Program-made: the position numbers and the translations under genes
Origin: an uncultured Eubacteriales bacterium
GTDB lineage: Bacteria > Bacillota > Clostridia > Lachnospirales > Lachnospiraceae
Reading direction: 5' to 3'
NCBI GenBank assembly: GCA_900313775.1
Contig: OMSP01000137.1
Location: forward strand, 1 to 43,249
DNA length: 43,249 nucleotides
Shown here: positions 16,090-25,801 of the stretch, one piece after another
How the letters are laid out: every line of letters begins with the position of its first letter
Numbering within the stretch: position 1 is the first letter of the stretch
The notes under the pieces: generated by a model
Told to the model about the DNA's origin: nothing
Databases searched by the model: none
Seen by the model: only the letters and a program-made list of their open reading frames with translations

Positions 16090-16896
16090 ATGAAACAAGA
16101 CAAGAGCGGCGCTGCTCAACGGCGCGTAGCAAAGAAGATCATGTCGATCGTCGAAGAGGAGAATGCGGGTGTCTTTGACGAAAATGAAGTGGAGATCATT
16201 CGCAATATCTTCACCTACGGTGACAAGGATGTAAAGACGATCATGACCCACAGAAAGGATGTAGCAGCCCTGAGCGCGGATGAAAAGCTGCGCGACGCGC
16301 TGATGTTTATCCTTACGAAGAATTTTTCGCGGTTTCCCGTTTATGACGGCGATATCGATTCGATCATTGGTACGCTGCATTTGCGTGACGCGGTAAAAGC
16401 ATATCTGACTCCGGAACTTAAAGACGAGCCGTTGCGGTCACTCACGGATTCGATCCGACCGGTCAGCTTCGTGCCGGAATCAAAAGAGATCGACAGTATT
16501 TTTGAGATGATGCAGGAAGAGAAGAGCCATATGGTGATCGTCGTCGATGAGTACGGGCAGACGGCCGGTCTCGCGACGATGGAAGATATCATCGAGGAGA
16601 TCATGGGCAATATCCTGGATGAGTATGATGAGGAGGAGATCCTTCTTACACGTCAAAATGACGGCAGCTATCTGGCAAAGGGCATCCTTGAACTGGAAGA
16701 CCTTCAGGAGGAGATACCGATAGAGATCGAGGAGGGAGACTATGAGACACTAAACGGTCTGCTTGTATCGATCCTCGATCATATACCTACGCCGGATGAG
16801 AAGGCGAAGATACATTACAACGGCTATGTGTTTAAAGTGCTGAGTGTATCGGACAATATGATCCAGGTCGTTGAGATCAGAAAAGAGGAAGCATGA
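16090..16896 (+). CDS. CBS-pair plus CorC/HlyC transporter-associated domain protein (CorC-like, no membrane domain)
   Basis: Tandem CBS segments (IMTHRKDVAALSADEKLRDALMFILTKNFSRFPVY; IRPVSFVPESKEIDSIFEMMQEEKSHMVIVVDEYGQTAGLATMEDIIEEIMG), then a CorC_HlyC-like C-terminus. ATG 16078 abuts the AAGGAGG SD with zero spacing, so ATG 16090 is preferred. Confidence 0.8.
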   Translation: MKQDKSGAAQRRVAKKIMSIVEEENAGVFDENEVEIIRNIFTYGDKDVKTIMTHRKDVAALSADEKLRDALMFILTKNFSRFPVYDGDIDSIIGTLHLRDAVKAYLTPELKDEPLRSLTDSIRPVSFVPESKEIDSIFEMMQEEKSHMVIVVDEYGQTAGLATMEDIIEEIMGNILDEYDEEEILLTRQNDGSYLAKGILELEDLQEEIPIEIEEGDYETLNGLLVSILDHIPTPDEKAKIHYNGYVFKVLSVSDNMIQVVEIRKEEA

Positions 16897-17825
16897 CCTT
16901 CTCCTATGTGCTCGGCAAGATGCTGTCGCTGGCAGTGATGATGGTGCTTGGGTTCGGAGCATGCCGGTTCGGTATTCTGGACAGCAGGACTAACAAGGCC
17001 TTATCGGATCTGGTCATAGATATTACAACGCCGTGCATGATGCTGGCTTCGCTGGCAGCCACGGAGGCGAAGCGGGCGGACTTGATGCTCATGATACTCT
17101 GCGCAGTCATTATGTACGGGTTATTCTTCGGTGTGGCCCGGGTCGTACCGGAGAAACTGCCGGTACCGGAGAAAGAAAAGCCGGCGTACAAGTATTATAC
17201 GATCTTTACGAATAATGCGTTTATGGGATTTCCGGTGATACGGGCGCTCTGGGGCAGCAAGGCGCTGGTGTACGCGGCGCTGCTCAATATACCGGTCAGT
17301 GTCATGATGTATACCTACGGTATCTGGCTGTATGCGCGGGGGAGCGGAGAACAGCAAAAGTTCTCCCTTCGCAAACTGATCAATATCACAAATGTATCGG
17401 CGGTCGTGGTGTTGATCCTGGCGCTGTTTAAATTCAAATTCACCGGTCCTGCTCAGGACACGCTGAATGTCATCGGGGATGCGACCGTACCGCTGTCCAT
17501 GATCGTGGTCGGGTCGACTTTGGCGGAGAGTCCGCTCAAAGGAGCATTTACGAACTGGATCATATATGCTTTTGCAGCGGTGAGACTGGTAGCCTTTCCC
17601 TTGATCGTGTTCGCGCTTGTATACTTTTTGCCGATCAATCCGCTGATCAAGGGGGTTCTGGTCGTGATTGCGGCCATGCCCGGATCTGCAAACGGTGTGC
17701 TGTTTGCACAGCAGTACGGATATAACAGGACCGTGTCATCGCGGTATGTGTTCATATCGACAGTCATGTCGGTGCTGACGATCCCGCTGATCTCGGTCAT
17801 CGTGCTGGCCCCGTTAGCTATATAG
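16893..17825 (+). CDS. AEC (auxin-efflux-carrier) family permease
   Basis: 310-aa polytopic membrane protein whose N- and C-terminal halves are typical of the Mem_trans/AEC family. ATGA overlap with the preceding stop. Confidence 0.8.
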   Translation: MTFSYVLGKMLSLAVMMVLGFGACRFGILDSRTNKALSDLVIDITTPCMMLASLAATEAKRADLMLMILCAVIMYGLFFGVARVVPEKLPVPEKEKPAYKYYTIFTNNAFMGFPVIRALWGSKALVYAALLNIPVSVMMYTYGIWLYARGSGEQQKFSLRKLINITNVSAVVVLILALFKFKFTGPAQDTLNVIGDATVPLSMIVVGSTLAESPLKGAFTNWIIYAFAAVRLVAFPLIVFALVYFLPINPLIKGVLVVIAAMPGSANGVLFAQQYGYNRTVSSRYVFISTVMSVLTIPLISVIVLAPLAI

Positions 17826-17873
17826 TCCTGCGGGACATGATGATAAAGATATTACGAGAAAGGATGAACTTCT

Positions 17874-18614
17874 ATGTCAGGACATTCGAAATTTGCGAAC
17901 ATCAAACACAAAAAAGAAAAGAACGACGCAGCCAAAGGCAAGATCTTTACCAAACTAGGACGCGAGCTGGCGGTAGCAGTCAGGGAGGGCGGCGGATCCG
18001 ACCCGGACAACAACTCACGTCTGCGAGATGCGATTGCCAAGGCCAAGTCTAACAATATGCCCAATGACACGATCGATAAAGCGATCAAGAAGGCGGCCGG
18101 TGAAGACGGAGAACACCGTTATGAACGCGCTGTCTATGAGGGCTATGGTCCTGCCGGCACTGCGATCATAGTTGAGGCTCTGACTGACAACAAGAACCGT
18201 ACGGCTTCGAATGTGCGGCATGCTTTTACAAAAGGCGGAGGTAATGTCGGTACTCAGGGATGTGTCTCCTATCTGTTTGATCAAAAGGGACAGATCATCG
18301 TGGACAAAGACGCTTATGAGGAAGACGCAGATACACTGATGATGGAAGCGCTGGAGGCCGGTGCTGAGGATTTCAACGAGGAGGATGACTGCTACGAGAT
18401 CCTGACTGCGCCGGATGACTTCTCTGAAGTGCGTCTGTCTCTCGAAAATGCCGGTGTTCCCATGGAGGCGGCCGAGGTGACGATGATACCGCAGACCGAA
18501 GTCGATCTGAATGACCCGTCCGATATAAAGAACCTGCAGACGACGCTCGATCTGCTGGAAGAGGACGACGATGTCCAGGATGTATATCATAATGCTGAAT
18601 TCGAGGAGAATTAA
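17874..18614 (+). CDS. yebC: YebC/PmpR-family DNA-binding regulator
   Basis: MSGHSKFANIKHKKEKNDAAKGKIFTKLGRELAVAVREGG and YEGYGPAGTAIIVEALTDNKNRT are hallmark segments. Confidence 0.95.
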   Translation: MSGHSKFANIKHKKEKNDAAKGKIFTKLGRELAVAVREGGGSDPDNNSRLRDAIAKAKSNNMPNDTIDKAIKKAAGEDGEHRYERAVYEGYGPAGTAIIVEALTDNKNRTASNVRHAFTKGGGNVGTQGCVSYLFDQKGQIIVDKDAYEEDADTLMMEALEAGAEDFNEEDDCYEILTAPDDFSEVRLSLENAGVPMEAAEVTMIPQTEVDLNDPSDIKNLQTTLDLLEEDDDVQDVYHNAEFEEN

Positions 18615-18617
18615 GAC

Positions 18618-21128
18618 TTGCGTAAACTGTTTAGACAACTGAACCGAACGATGGGGATCGTGCTTGCGGTCGTCTTGGTGGCCGTTGTTTTCTGTTATAT
18701 GAGCATGGCCGGTTACTGCGGTTCTGTCGGTGCGTTCATCCGGTGGATCATGTACGGGACTTTCGGAGTGACTGCCTGGTTTGTGCCGGTATTCTTCCTT
18801 GGACTGATGTTCTTTATACTGGCCGGAAGAAAGCAGGTCGTTATCATTCTGAAGGCGGTACTGTCTCTGCTTCTCTACTGGGTGGTTGCCGGTCTGCTTC
18901 AGCAATTCATGATGCCGTATAAAGCCACTGCGACCTATCAAGCTGAGTTCGAGAAATGTGCCGAACTGCACAAGGGCGGCGGTGTGCTGGGGGCGTTTAT
19001 CGTACATACACTGCGTCCCGCGCTGGGTTCGGTCGGGCTGGTCTTTGTACTGCTCCTTTTAGCGATTCTCTTCCTGTCACTCATCACTGACGGAGCTCCT
19101 GTCAAGGCGCTCAGGGGAAAGTCAGTCGGACGGCGGGAGCGAGCACCGTGGGAGCAGTCCAGAACAGCAAAGCGCAAGGCTGAAAAGCAGCAGAGGACAC
19201 AGGAGAGGCCCAAAAAGCCGAGCCGTCCCGTGCCACAGACGGATCCAAAATATTACGATATCAAAGATGAAGGTGAAACGGATCTTATCGCGCATACGGT
19301 GACTATACATACCAATGACGGAGACTCCGTCTTTGCCACTTTAGATCCGGCAAAAGATCCTGTTCCCCGACACGAGACAAAAGAGCACGGTATCTCAGTG
19401 GGACAGTCGCCTGAAGTGATCGAGCTCAATCCCGCCGCGGTATCTGCTCCTGCAGAGCCTGAGAAGCCGTCTGTGTTTACGACTGTAGGCGATCCGGAGG
19501 CTAAAAAACCCGATCCAGTTAAAAAGACGGCAACGACTGCAAAGCCTAAAACCAAACCTAAAACAAGTGCATCGCGTGCTTCCAAACCGAAAGCATCCGA
19601 CGAGCCTTCTGCGGTCATCCCGGATGTGCGTACCGCAGACGCTGATACTGATTATCAGTTTCCTCCGTACTCCCTTCTGGCGCGCGGCAGAAAGAGCGGT
19701 GGTGATTCTGCGTCTTATCTGCAGAATACTGCCAGGAAGTTAGAGGAAACACTGCAGAGTTTCGGTGTCAATGTGACTGTTACTGATGTCAGCTGCGGAC
19801 CGGCTGTTACACGCTACGAGATGCAGCCGGAGGCCGGCGTGAAGGTTAGCCGGATCGTTTCACTTGAGAGCGATATCAAACTCAATCTGGCGGCGTCTGA
19901 CATCCGTATAGAGGCGCCGATTCCCGGCAAGGCTGCCGTAGGTATCGAAGTGCCTAACAAGACTAATACCATAGTTATGCTGCGTGACCTGCTGGAGCAC
20001 GAAGACTTCGTATCACATAAGTCGAGACTGGCTTTTGCTGCAGGACGCGATATAGCCGGGCAGCCTGTGATCGCAGATATCCAGAAGATGCCGCATGTAC
20101 TGATAGCCGGTGCGACAGGATCCGGTAAATCGGTCTGCATCAATACGATCATACTAAGTCTGCTGTATCGGGCAAAACCTGACGAAGTCAAGATGATCAT
20201 GATCGATCCCAAGAAGGTGGAATTGTCGGTATACAACGAGATCCCGCACCTTCTGATACCGGTTGTGACAGATCCGAAAAAAGCGGCGGGAGCTCTCAAC
20301 TGGGCAGTATCAGAGATGACCAGAAGATACAGTCTGTTTGCTCAATACGGAGCGCGTCAGATCGAAGAATACAACAAGCGTGTGAAGCGGGAGATGAAAA
20401 AAGCAGCCAACGCTGATAATGAAGAGCTGAGGCCACTGCCGCAGATCGTTATCATAGTAGACGAGCTGGCGGATCTGATGATGGTATCTTCCAAGGAAGT
20501 GGAGGATGCGATCGTGCGGCTTACACAGTTAGCCCGCGCCGCAGGCATACATCTTGTCATTGCCACCCAGCGTCCGTCCGTCAATGTCATCACCGGTCTG
20601 ATCAAGGCCAATATGCCTTCCCGCATAGCCTTTGCAGTGACAAGCGGTGTCGATTCCCGCACGATTCTCGATATGAACGGAGCGGAGAAACTGCTTGGAC
20701 GCGGAGATATGCTTTTCTTCCCGATCGGTTACCCGAAGCCCGTTCGCGTTCAGGGAGCATTTGTATCGGACGATGAAGTCTTTAAGGTCGTCGAATACCT
20801 CAAGAGTCACAATCAGGCTTTTGCGGCTGACGAGTCTGTGGAAGAAAAGATCAATCATGCTACTAAAGTGCTGGGTGATTCGTCAGGCGCAGCATTTGAA
20901 GATGAAGGAGACGAGAGAGACGTCTATTTCGAGGAGGCTGGCCGATTCATTATCGAGAAGGAGAAAGCTTCGATCGGTATGCTGCAGCGGAGATTCAAGA
21001 TAGGTTTTAACCGTGCGGCCCGCATAATGGATCAGCTCTGTGAGGCAGGTGTGGTCGGTGAAGAGGAGGGGACCAAGCCCCGCCGCATCCTGATGACTAT
21101 AGAAGAATTTGAAGGACGGGAAGACTAA
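18618..21128 (+). CDS. ftsK: DNA translocase FtsK/SpoIIIE
   Basis: N-terminal TM segments, P/K/T-rich linker, motor domain with Walker [10 protein letters not shown] and Walker [15 protein letters not shown]-terminal gamma winged helix ([23 protein letters not shown]). TTG 18618 is 7 nt after GAGGAGAA. Confidence 0.9.
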   Translation: MRKLFRQLNRTMGIVLAVVLVAVVFCYMSMAGYCGSVGAFIRWIMYGTFGVTAWFVPVFFLGLMFFILAGRKQVVIILKAVLSLLLYWVVAGLLQQFMMPYKATATYQAEFEKCAELHKGGGVLGAFIVHTLRPALGSVGLVFVLLLLAILFLSLITDGAPVKALRGKSVGRRERAPWEQSRTAKRKAEKQQRTQERPKKPSRPVPQTDPKYYDIKDEGETDLIAHTVTIHTNDGDSVFATLDPAKDPVPRHETKEHGISVGQSPEVIELNPAAVSAPAEPEKPSVFTTVGDPEAKKPDPVKKTATTAKPKTKPKTSASRASKPKASDEPSAVIPDVRTADADTDYQFPPYSLLARGRKSGGDSASYLQNTARKLEETLQSFGVNVTVTDVSCGPAVTRYEMQPEAGVKVSRIVSLESDIKLNLAASDIRIEAPIPGKAAVGIEVPNKTNTIVMLRDLLEHEDFVSHKSRLAFAAGRDIAGQPVIADIQKMPHVLIAGATGSGKSVCINTIILSLLYRAKPDEVKMIMIDPKKVELSVYNEIPHLLIPVVTDPKKAAGALNWAVSEMTRRYSLFAQYGARQIEEYNKRVKREMKKAANADNEELRPLPQIVIIVDELADLMMVSSKEVEDAIVRLTQLARAAGIHLVIATQRPSVNVITGLIKANMPSRIAFAVTSGVDSRTILDMNGAEKLLGRGDMLFFPIGYPKPVRVQGAFVSDDEVFKVVEYLKSHNQAFAADESVEEKINHATKVLGDSSGAAFEDEGDERDVYFEEAGRFIIEKEKASIGMLQRRFKIGFNRAARIMDQLCEAGVVGEEEGTKPRRILMTIEEFEGRED

Positions 21129-21982
21129 TGGCAACGATAATCAACGGAAAAGAGACGGCGCGTCGTGTGCGCGGGGAAGTCGCCGGACAGGTCGCTTCCC
21201 TGCGTGATAAAGGAATCAGCGTCAAGCTGACGGTGATCCAGGTCGGTGATGATCCGGCTTCGACCATATATGTGCGCAACAAGGAGAGGGCATGTTCAGA
21301 TACAGGAATCGAGTCTGAGATCATCCGTCTGGATAAAGCTGTCACTCAGGAGGATCTTCTCTGTGAGATCAGCAGATTGAACGGGGATGATTCCGTCGAC
21401 GGCATACTGGTGCAGCTTCCGCTCCCGGATCATCTGGATGAGCAGACGGTCAAGGAAGCTATCGATCCGCGAAAAGACGTCGACGGATTTCATCCGCTCA
21501 ATACCGGAAGGCTGCTGGCGGGAGAGGAGGCATTGCTTCCGTGCACACCGGCCGGCATCATCCGTCTGCTGGACGAATATGAGATACCTATCGAGGGAAG
21601 TCATTGTGTCGTGATCGGACGCAGTCAGATCGTCGGAAAGCCTATGGCAGTCCTTCTCCTTGAGAGGAACGCGACAGTGACCGTATGTCACTCGCATACA
21701 CGCGATCTCGCATCCCATACCCGTCAGGCTGATATCCTGATATCCGCTGTGGGCAGACCAAAGATGGTAGGGGCAGAGTATGTCAAGGAGGGAGCTGTCG
21801 TGATCGATGTTGCAATCAACCGCAGTGATGACGGCAAACTCTGCGGAGATGTCGACTTCGATGCCGTTTCTCCTGTGTGTACCGCCATCACTCCTGTACC
21901 GGGAGGTGTCGGACCGATGACGGTAGCTATGTTGTTGATGAATTGTCTGACTGCAGCGAAGAGAAAGGCAGTTGTGTTATGA
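21128..21982 (+). CDS. folD: Bifunctional methylene-THF dehydrogenase / methenyl-THF cyclohydrolase
   Basis: LTVIQVGDDPASTIYVRNKERAC, GILVQLPLP, VVIGRSQIVGKPMA, ITPVPGGVGPMTVAML. TAATG overlap with the ftsK stop. Confidence 0.95.
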   Translation: MATIINGKETARRVRGEVAGQVASLRDKGISVKLTVIQVGDDPASTIYVRNKERACSDTGIESEIIRLDKAVTQEDLLCEISRLNGDDSVDGILVQLPLPDHLDEQTVKEAIDPRKDVDGFHPLNTGRLLAGEEALLPCTPAGIIRLLDEYEIPIEGSHCVVIGRSQIVGKPMAVLLLERNATVTVCHSHTRDLASHTRQADILISAVGRPKMVGAEYVKEGAVVIDVAINRSDDGKLCGDVDFDAVSPVCTAITPVPGGVGPMTVAMLLMNCLTAAKRKAVVL

Positions 21983-23109
21983 AATGTGTAAAATGCGGGG
22001 CAGAGATACCGGACGGCAGAATGCATTGTCCGAGATGCGGATATGAGGTCCGCATGGTGCCTGATTACAATCCGATGGACGATGTTCTGGCGGGACAGAT
22101 CGGCGGCAGTGCCGGACGTCAGAAAGTCAGAGATGAGCGTCCGGATCCGCGCCGTGAGCAGCTTAAACAGGAGCGGAAAAGACGAGCAAAGCAGCATCAG
22201 GAAAGGCGTCGTCAGCGGCGTACGCTTCGGATATTGGTGTTCCTGCTTCTTATCCTCGCGGCTGCGGCGGTCTTTCTTGTCTACCGCAACACATATTCCG
22301 GTCTTGTGAAGACAGGCGACAGAGCTTATCGGAAGGAAGAATACAGTAAAGCACTCAAATACTATAACCGGGCGATCGCCAAGAGTCCGTCGCGTGATAA
22401 GGCATATACCGGTTACTATAAAGTCTATTTGAAAAAAGATGATCTGAAGACACCTGAGAAGAAGCTGCTGAATGTGATAGCCGAGTATCCGGATCAAACT
22501 GATCTGTACGAAGTGATCTTTCAGTTCTTTATCGACTCTGAGCAGTCCTACAGGATAGCGGAAGTTCTGGACGATATAGAGGATGAGTCAGTACGCGAAA
22601 AACTAAGTGATTATGATACACCGGCACCAACTGCCTCTCTGGAAGAGGGAGAGTACGATGACGTACAGCAGGTTTCGCTGACAGCTGATGGATCCGAAGA
22701 TATTTATTACACTGTCAACGGGTCGGAACCGACAGTGGACTCGACTCATTATACTGAACCGATCCAGCTCTCCGAGGGCGAAACGGAACTGCAGGCCATC
22801 GCCGTCAACAAGAAAGGCATTGAGAGTCTTCCTGTCAGTTTCAATTACAATATCGAACTGCCGATCGCTGATGCGCCGGCTGTCACTCCGAGTACAGGAC
22901 AGTACAGCGGTGCGCAGAAGATAAAGGTCAAGATCCCTAAAGGGTATAAAGCTTACTATACAATGGACGGGACCGAACCCGGCATTACATCTGAAGAGTA
23001 TACAGGACCGATCGATATGCCGAAGGGCAATACGATCTTTTCGGTAGTCCTGGAGAGTCCGGACGGCAAACTGTCGGATATAACCAAACGCAATTATGAG
23101 CGCCTGTGA
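21979..23109 (+). CDS. Zinc-ribbon / single-TM / TPR-like / two CHB_HEX_C-like (chitobiase C-terminal, Ig-like) domain membrane protein
   Basis: Start [21 protein letters not shown] (ATGA overlap with the folD stop; the 21877 start in the track lies inside folD). Basic stretch, then [22 protein letters not shown]. Two repeats of the pattern IYYTxxGxEPxxxSxxYTxPI. Confidence 0.75.
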   Translation: MKCVKCGAEIPDGRMHCPRCGYEVRMVPDYNPMDDVLAGQIGGSAGRQKVRDERPDPRREQLKQERKRRAKQHQERRRQRRTLRILVFLLLILAAAAVFLVYRNTYSGLVKTGDRAYRKEEYSKALKYYNRAIAKSPSRDKAYTGYYKVYLKKDDLKTPEKKLLNVIAEYPDQTDLYEVIFQFFIDSEQSYRIAEVLDDIEDESVREKLSDYDTPAPTASLEEGEYDDVQQVSLTADGSEDIYYTVNGSEPTVDSTHYTEPIQLSEGETELQAIAVNKKGIESLPVSFNYNIELPIADAPAVTPSTGQYSGAQKIKVKIPKGYKAYYTMDGTEPGITSEEYTGPIDMPKGNTIFSVVLESPDGKLSDITKRNYERL

Positions 23110-23120
23110 GGAGCGATGAG

Positions 23121-23921
23121 ATGATCGACTATACCGAGGGAAGCGGAAAAATGTATCACATCGGCGTAGGACCCGGAGATGTCGGAGAGTATGTGATCCT
23201 GACCGGAGACCCCAAACGAACGTCCAAGATCGCCGAGTGCCTGGATGAACCGCGTTTGGTCGGTGACTCGCGAGAGTTCGTGACCTACACGGGAACTCTG
23301 CTTGACACGCCGGTCAGTGTCACATCGACCGGTATCGGAGGGCCCAGCGCTGCGATCGCTCTCGAGGAGCTCGTTGCCTGCGGAGCAAAAAGTTTTATCC
23401 GTGTAGGTACCTGCGGCGGTATCGATCTGAAGGTGCGCGGCGGAGATGTTGTCATAGCTACCGGGGCTATACGGATGGAAGGTACTTCCAAGGAATACGC
23501 TCCGATCGAGTTTCCTGCTGTTTCCGACTGGGAAGTAACGAGTCAGCTTGTAAAGAGCGCATCCGAACAGGGAATTCCTTATCACACCGGTGTGGTTCAG
23601 TGCAAAGATGCTTTTTACGGACAGCACAGACCGGAGGTGATGCCGACAGCAGGGGAACTGATGTATAAATGGCAGGCGTGGAAGATGCTGGATGCATTGG
23701 CATCAGAGATGGAGTCCGCAGCGCTGTTCATCGTCGCATCTTATCTTCGCGTGCGTATCGGTACGGTTCTTTTGGTGATCGCAAATCAGGAGAGGGAAAA
23801 GGCCGGCATGGAAAACCGGCAGGTGCACGATATGCAGCGGGGGATCAATGTCGCTGTCGGTGCGATCAAACGGCTGATCAGGAGAGATATCAGAAATGCA
23901 GAGATGGGAAGGATTAATTGA
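23121..23921 (+). CDS. udp: Uridine phosphorylase (PNP_UDP_1 family)
   Basis: Colinear with E. coli Udp as I remember it: [71 protein letters not shown] 23121 is 7 nt after GAGGAG. Confidence 0.85.
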   Translation: MIDYTEGSGKMYHIGVGPGDVGEYVILTGDPKRTSKIAECLDEPRLVGDSREFVTYTGTLLDTPVSVTSTGIGGPSAAIALEELVACGAKSFIRVGTCGGIDLKVRGGDVVIATGAIRMEGTSKEYAPIEFPAVSDWEVTSQLVKSASEQGIPYHTGVVQCKDAFYGQHRPEVMPTAGELMYKWQAWKMLDALASEMESAALFIVASYLRVRIGTVLLVIANQEREKAGMENRQVHDMQRGINVAVGAIKRLIRRDIRNAEMGRIN

Positions 23922-24321
23922 GCAGGCGGAATCAGCGCGGAAAAAGGCTTATGCTCCCTATTCCGGGTTTTGTGTCGGAGCGGCCCTGCTTGCAGCCTCC
24001 GGGAGGATCTACACCGGATGCAATGTGGAGAATGCAGCTTTTTCGCCTTCTGTCTGTGCCGAGAGGACCGCTTTCGTCAAAGCCGTCAGCGAAGGCGAAC
24101 GCGATTTTGAAGCTATAGCGATCGTTGGCGGCAACTCCACAGAGACACCGGATTCGGTCTGTCCGCCTTGCGGTGTATGCCGTCAGGTAATGGCGGAGTT
24201 TTGTGATCCGGAGAGTTTCGTTGTTTGTTTGAAAGACGGAGCAGACATCAAGACCTGTCTGTTAAAAGAATTATTACCGATGAGCTTTGGAGGAAAAGAA
24301 TCGTTTGGAAGAAACGAGTAA
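23896..24321 (+). CDS. cdd: Cytidine deaminase
   Basis: [20 protein letters not shown] (zinc His/Cys-Ala-Glu motif) and [12 protein letters not shown]. 26-nt overlap with udp. Confidence 0.9.
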   Translation: MQRWEGLIEQAESARKKAYAPYSGFCVGAALLAASGRIYTGCNVENAAFSPSVCAERTAFVKAVSEGERDFEAIAIVGGNSTETPDSVCPPCGVCRQVMAEFCDPESFVVCLKDGADIKTCLLKELLPMSFGGKESFGRNE

Positions 24322-25318
24322 AGATATAAAGATCGCCATGGATGCGTCTTGTGCGCAAGCCGTTTTCGGAGAGTATGATCGTTTTGCAAAACTGATCGAG
24401 AGTACTTTCGATATATCAATGAGCTTTCGCGACGGTATGCTGCTTATCTCCGGGGACGCTGAAAAGGCCGAGGAGGCGCACATCGTTGTAGATGAGCTGG
24501 CTGAGCTGTACCGGAAAGGAAAGACGCTGGATGAGCAGAGCGTGAATTATGCAGTATCCATCGGTCAGGCGCACGAAGAAGTTTCCATGGCAGATACCAT
24601 GGAGGATGTTATTTGTCATACCCTGAGCGGCAAACCGATCTCACCAAAGACGATAGGACAGCAGCGTTATACGGATTCGATCCGGGAAAATATGATCACT
24701 TTCGGACTTGGTCCGGCCGGTACCGGTAAAACATATCTTGCCATGGCGATGGGGATCACTGCGTTTAAGAATCACGACGTCGACCGCATCATCCTGACGC
24801 GTCCGGCGATAGAAGCAGGAGAGAATCTCGGATTTCTTCCGGGAGATCTGCAGAGCAAGGTGGATCCGTACCTTCGTCCGCTTTATGACGCGCTTTATGA
24901 GATCATGGGGCCGGACCAGTACCTCAAATGTTCGGAGCGGGGACTGATAGAGGTCGCTCCTCTCGCTTATATGCGCGGCAGAACTTTGGACCGTGCATTT
25001 ATCATTCTCGATGAGGCACAGAATACGACGCCGGCACAGATGAAGATGTTCCTTACCCGTATAGGATTCGGATCCAAGGTAGTGGTAACGGGCGATATGA
25101 CTCAGAAAGATCTGCCGTCCGGTGCGGTATCCGGATTGACGATAGCAGTGAGAGTGATCCAGAAGATCGAAGGAATAAGGATCTGTGAGCTGACAAGCCG
25201 GGATGTCGTTCGCCATCCGCTGGTGCAAAAGATCGTCGATGCCTATGAAGTTTATGAGGCAAAATCGGCCGGAGGAAGACAGAATGATCGTAAACATAGA
25301 GGAAACAGGGGCCGTTAG
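24287..25318 (+). CDS. phoH: PhoH-family ATPase (YbeZ-like)
   Basis: Walker A GPAGTGKTYLAMA, AFIILDEAQN, KVVVTGDMTQKDLP. Start is either ATG 24287 or TTG 24305 (10 nt after GGAGGA). Confidence 0.9.
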   Translation: MEEKNRLEETSKDIKIAMDASCAQAVFGEYDRFAKLIESTFDISMSFRDGMLLISGDAEKAEEAHIVVDELAELYRKGKTLDEQSVNYAVSIGQAHEEVSMADTMEDVICHTLSGKPISPKTIGQQRYTDSIRENMITFGLGPAGTGKTYLAMAMGITAFKNHDVDRIILTRPAIEAGENLGFLPGDLQSKVDPYLRPLYDALYEIMGPDQYLKCSERGLIEVAPLAYMRGRTLDRAFIILDEAQNTTPAQMKMFLTRIGFGSKVVVTGDMTQKDLPSGAVSGLTIAVRVIQKIEGIRICELTSRDVVRHPLVQKIVDAYEVYEAKSAGGRQNDRKHRGNRGR

Positions 25319-25784
25319 ACTCCCGGATGATCCGGATGTTCAGTCGGTCGCCGACAGCGTTTTGGCTGAAGTGCTGCGTATGACGGGGGCGCCGGCAGAT
25401 ATGTGCGTTGATCTGTGGCTTTGCAGCGCGGAGGAAATCAGGACACTGAACAGGCAATACCGCTCGATCGATGCGGTGACAGACGTTCTGTCATTCCCCA
25501 ATTTCGATATGAACGCGCCTGCCGTTTGGCCTGATCCGCTTCCGGAAGACGCTTACGATCCCGATACAGCAAGATACTGTCTTGGCAGCGTGGCCGTCTG
25601 TAAAGAGCGGGTATTAAAGCAAGCGGAAGAATATGGTCATTCCGTCAAAAGAGAGACGGCCTTTTTGATAGCTCACAGTGCGCTTCACCTTTGCGGATAT
25701 GACCACGAAACAGATAGGGAAGCATCCGTTATGGAAGAGATGCAGGAGCAAGTGCTTCAGAAGCTCGGGATACGAAGATCTTAG
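25284..25784 (+). CDS. ybeY: rRNA maturation endoribonuclease YbeY
   Basis: Start MIVNIEE (ATG 25284 after GGAGGAAG; the 25203 start in the track lies inside phoH). TDVLSFP and the metal motif HSALHLCGYDH. Confidence 0.9.
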   Translation: MIVNIEETGAVRLPDDPDVQSVADSVLAEVLRMTGAPADMCVDLWLCSAEEIRTLNRQYRSIDAVTDVLSFPNFDMNAPAVWPDPLPEDAYDPDTARYCLGSVAVCKERVLKQAEEYGHSVKRETAFLIAHSALHLCGYDHETDREASVMEEMQEQVLQKLGIRRS

Positions 25785-25801
25785 GTTTTACGGAGTGAAT
25801 A

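Noticed and set aside
18015-19007. 330-aa ORF on the minus strand spanning the yebC/ftsK junction
   Set aside because: It is antisense to two confidently identified genes. Its composition is the H/R/Q/L-rich pattern typical of shadow frames. There is no SD and no recognisable motif.
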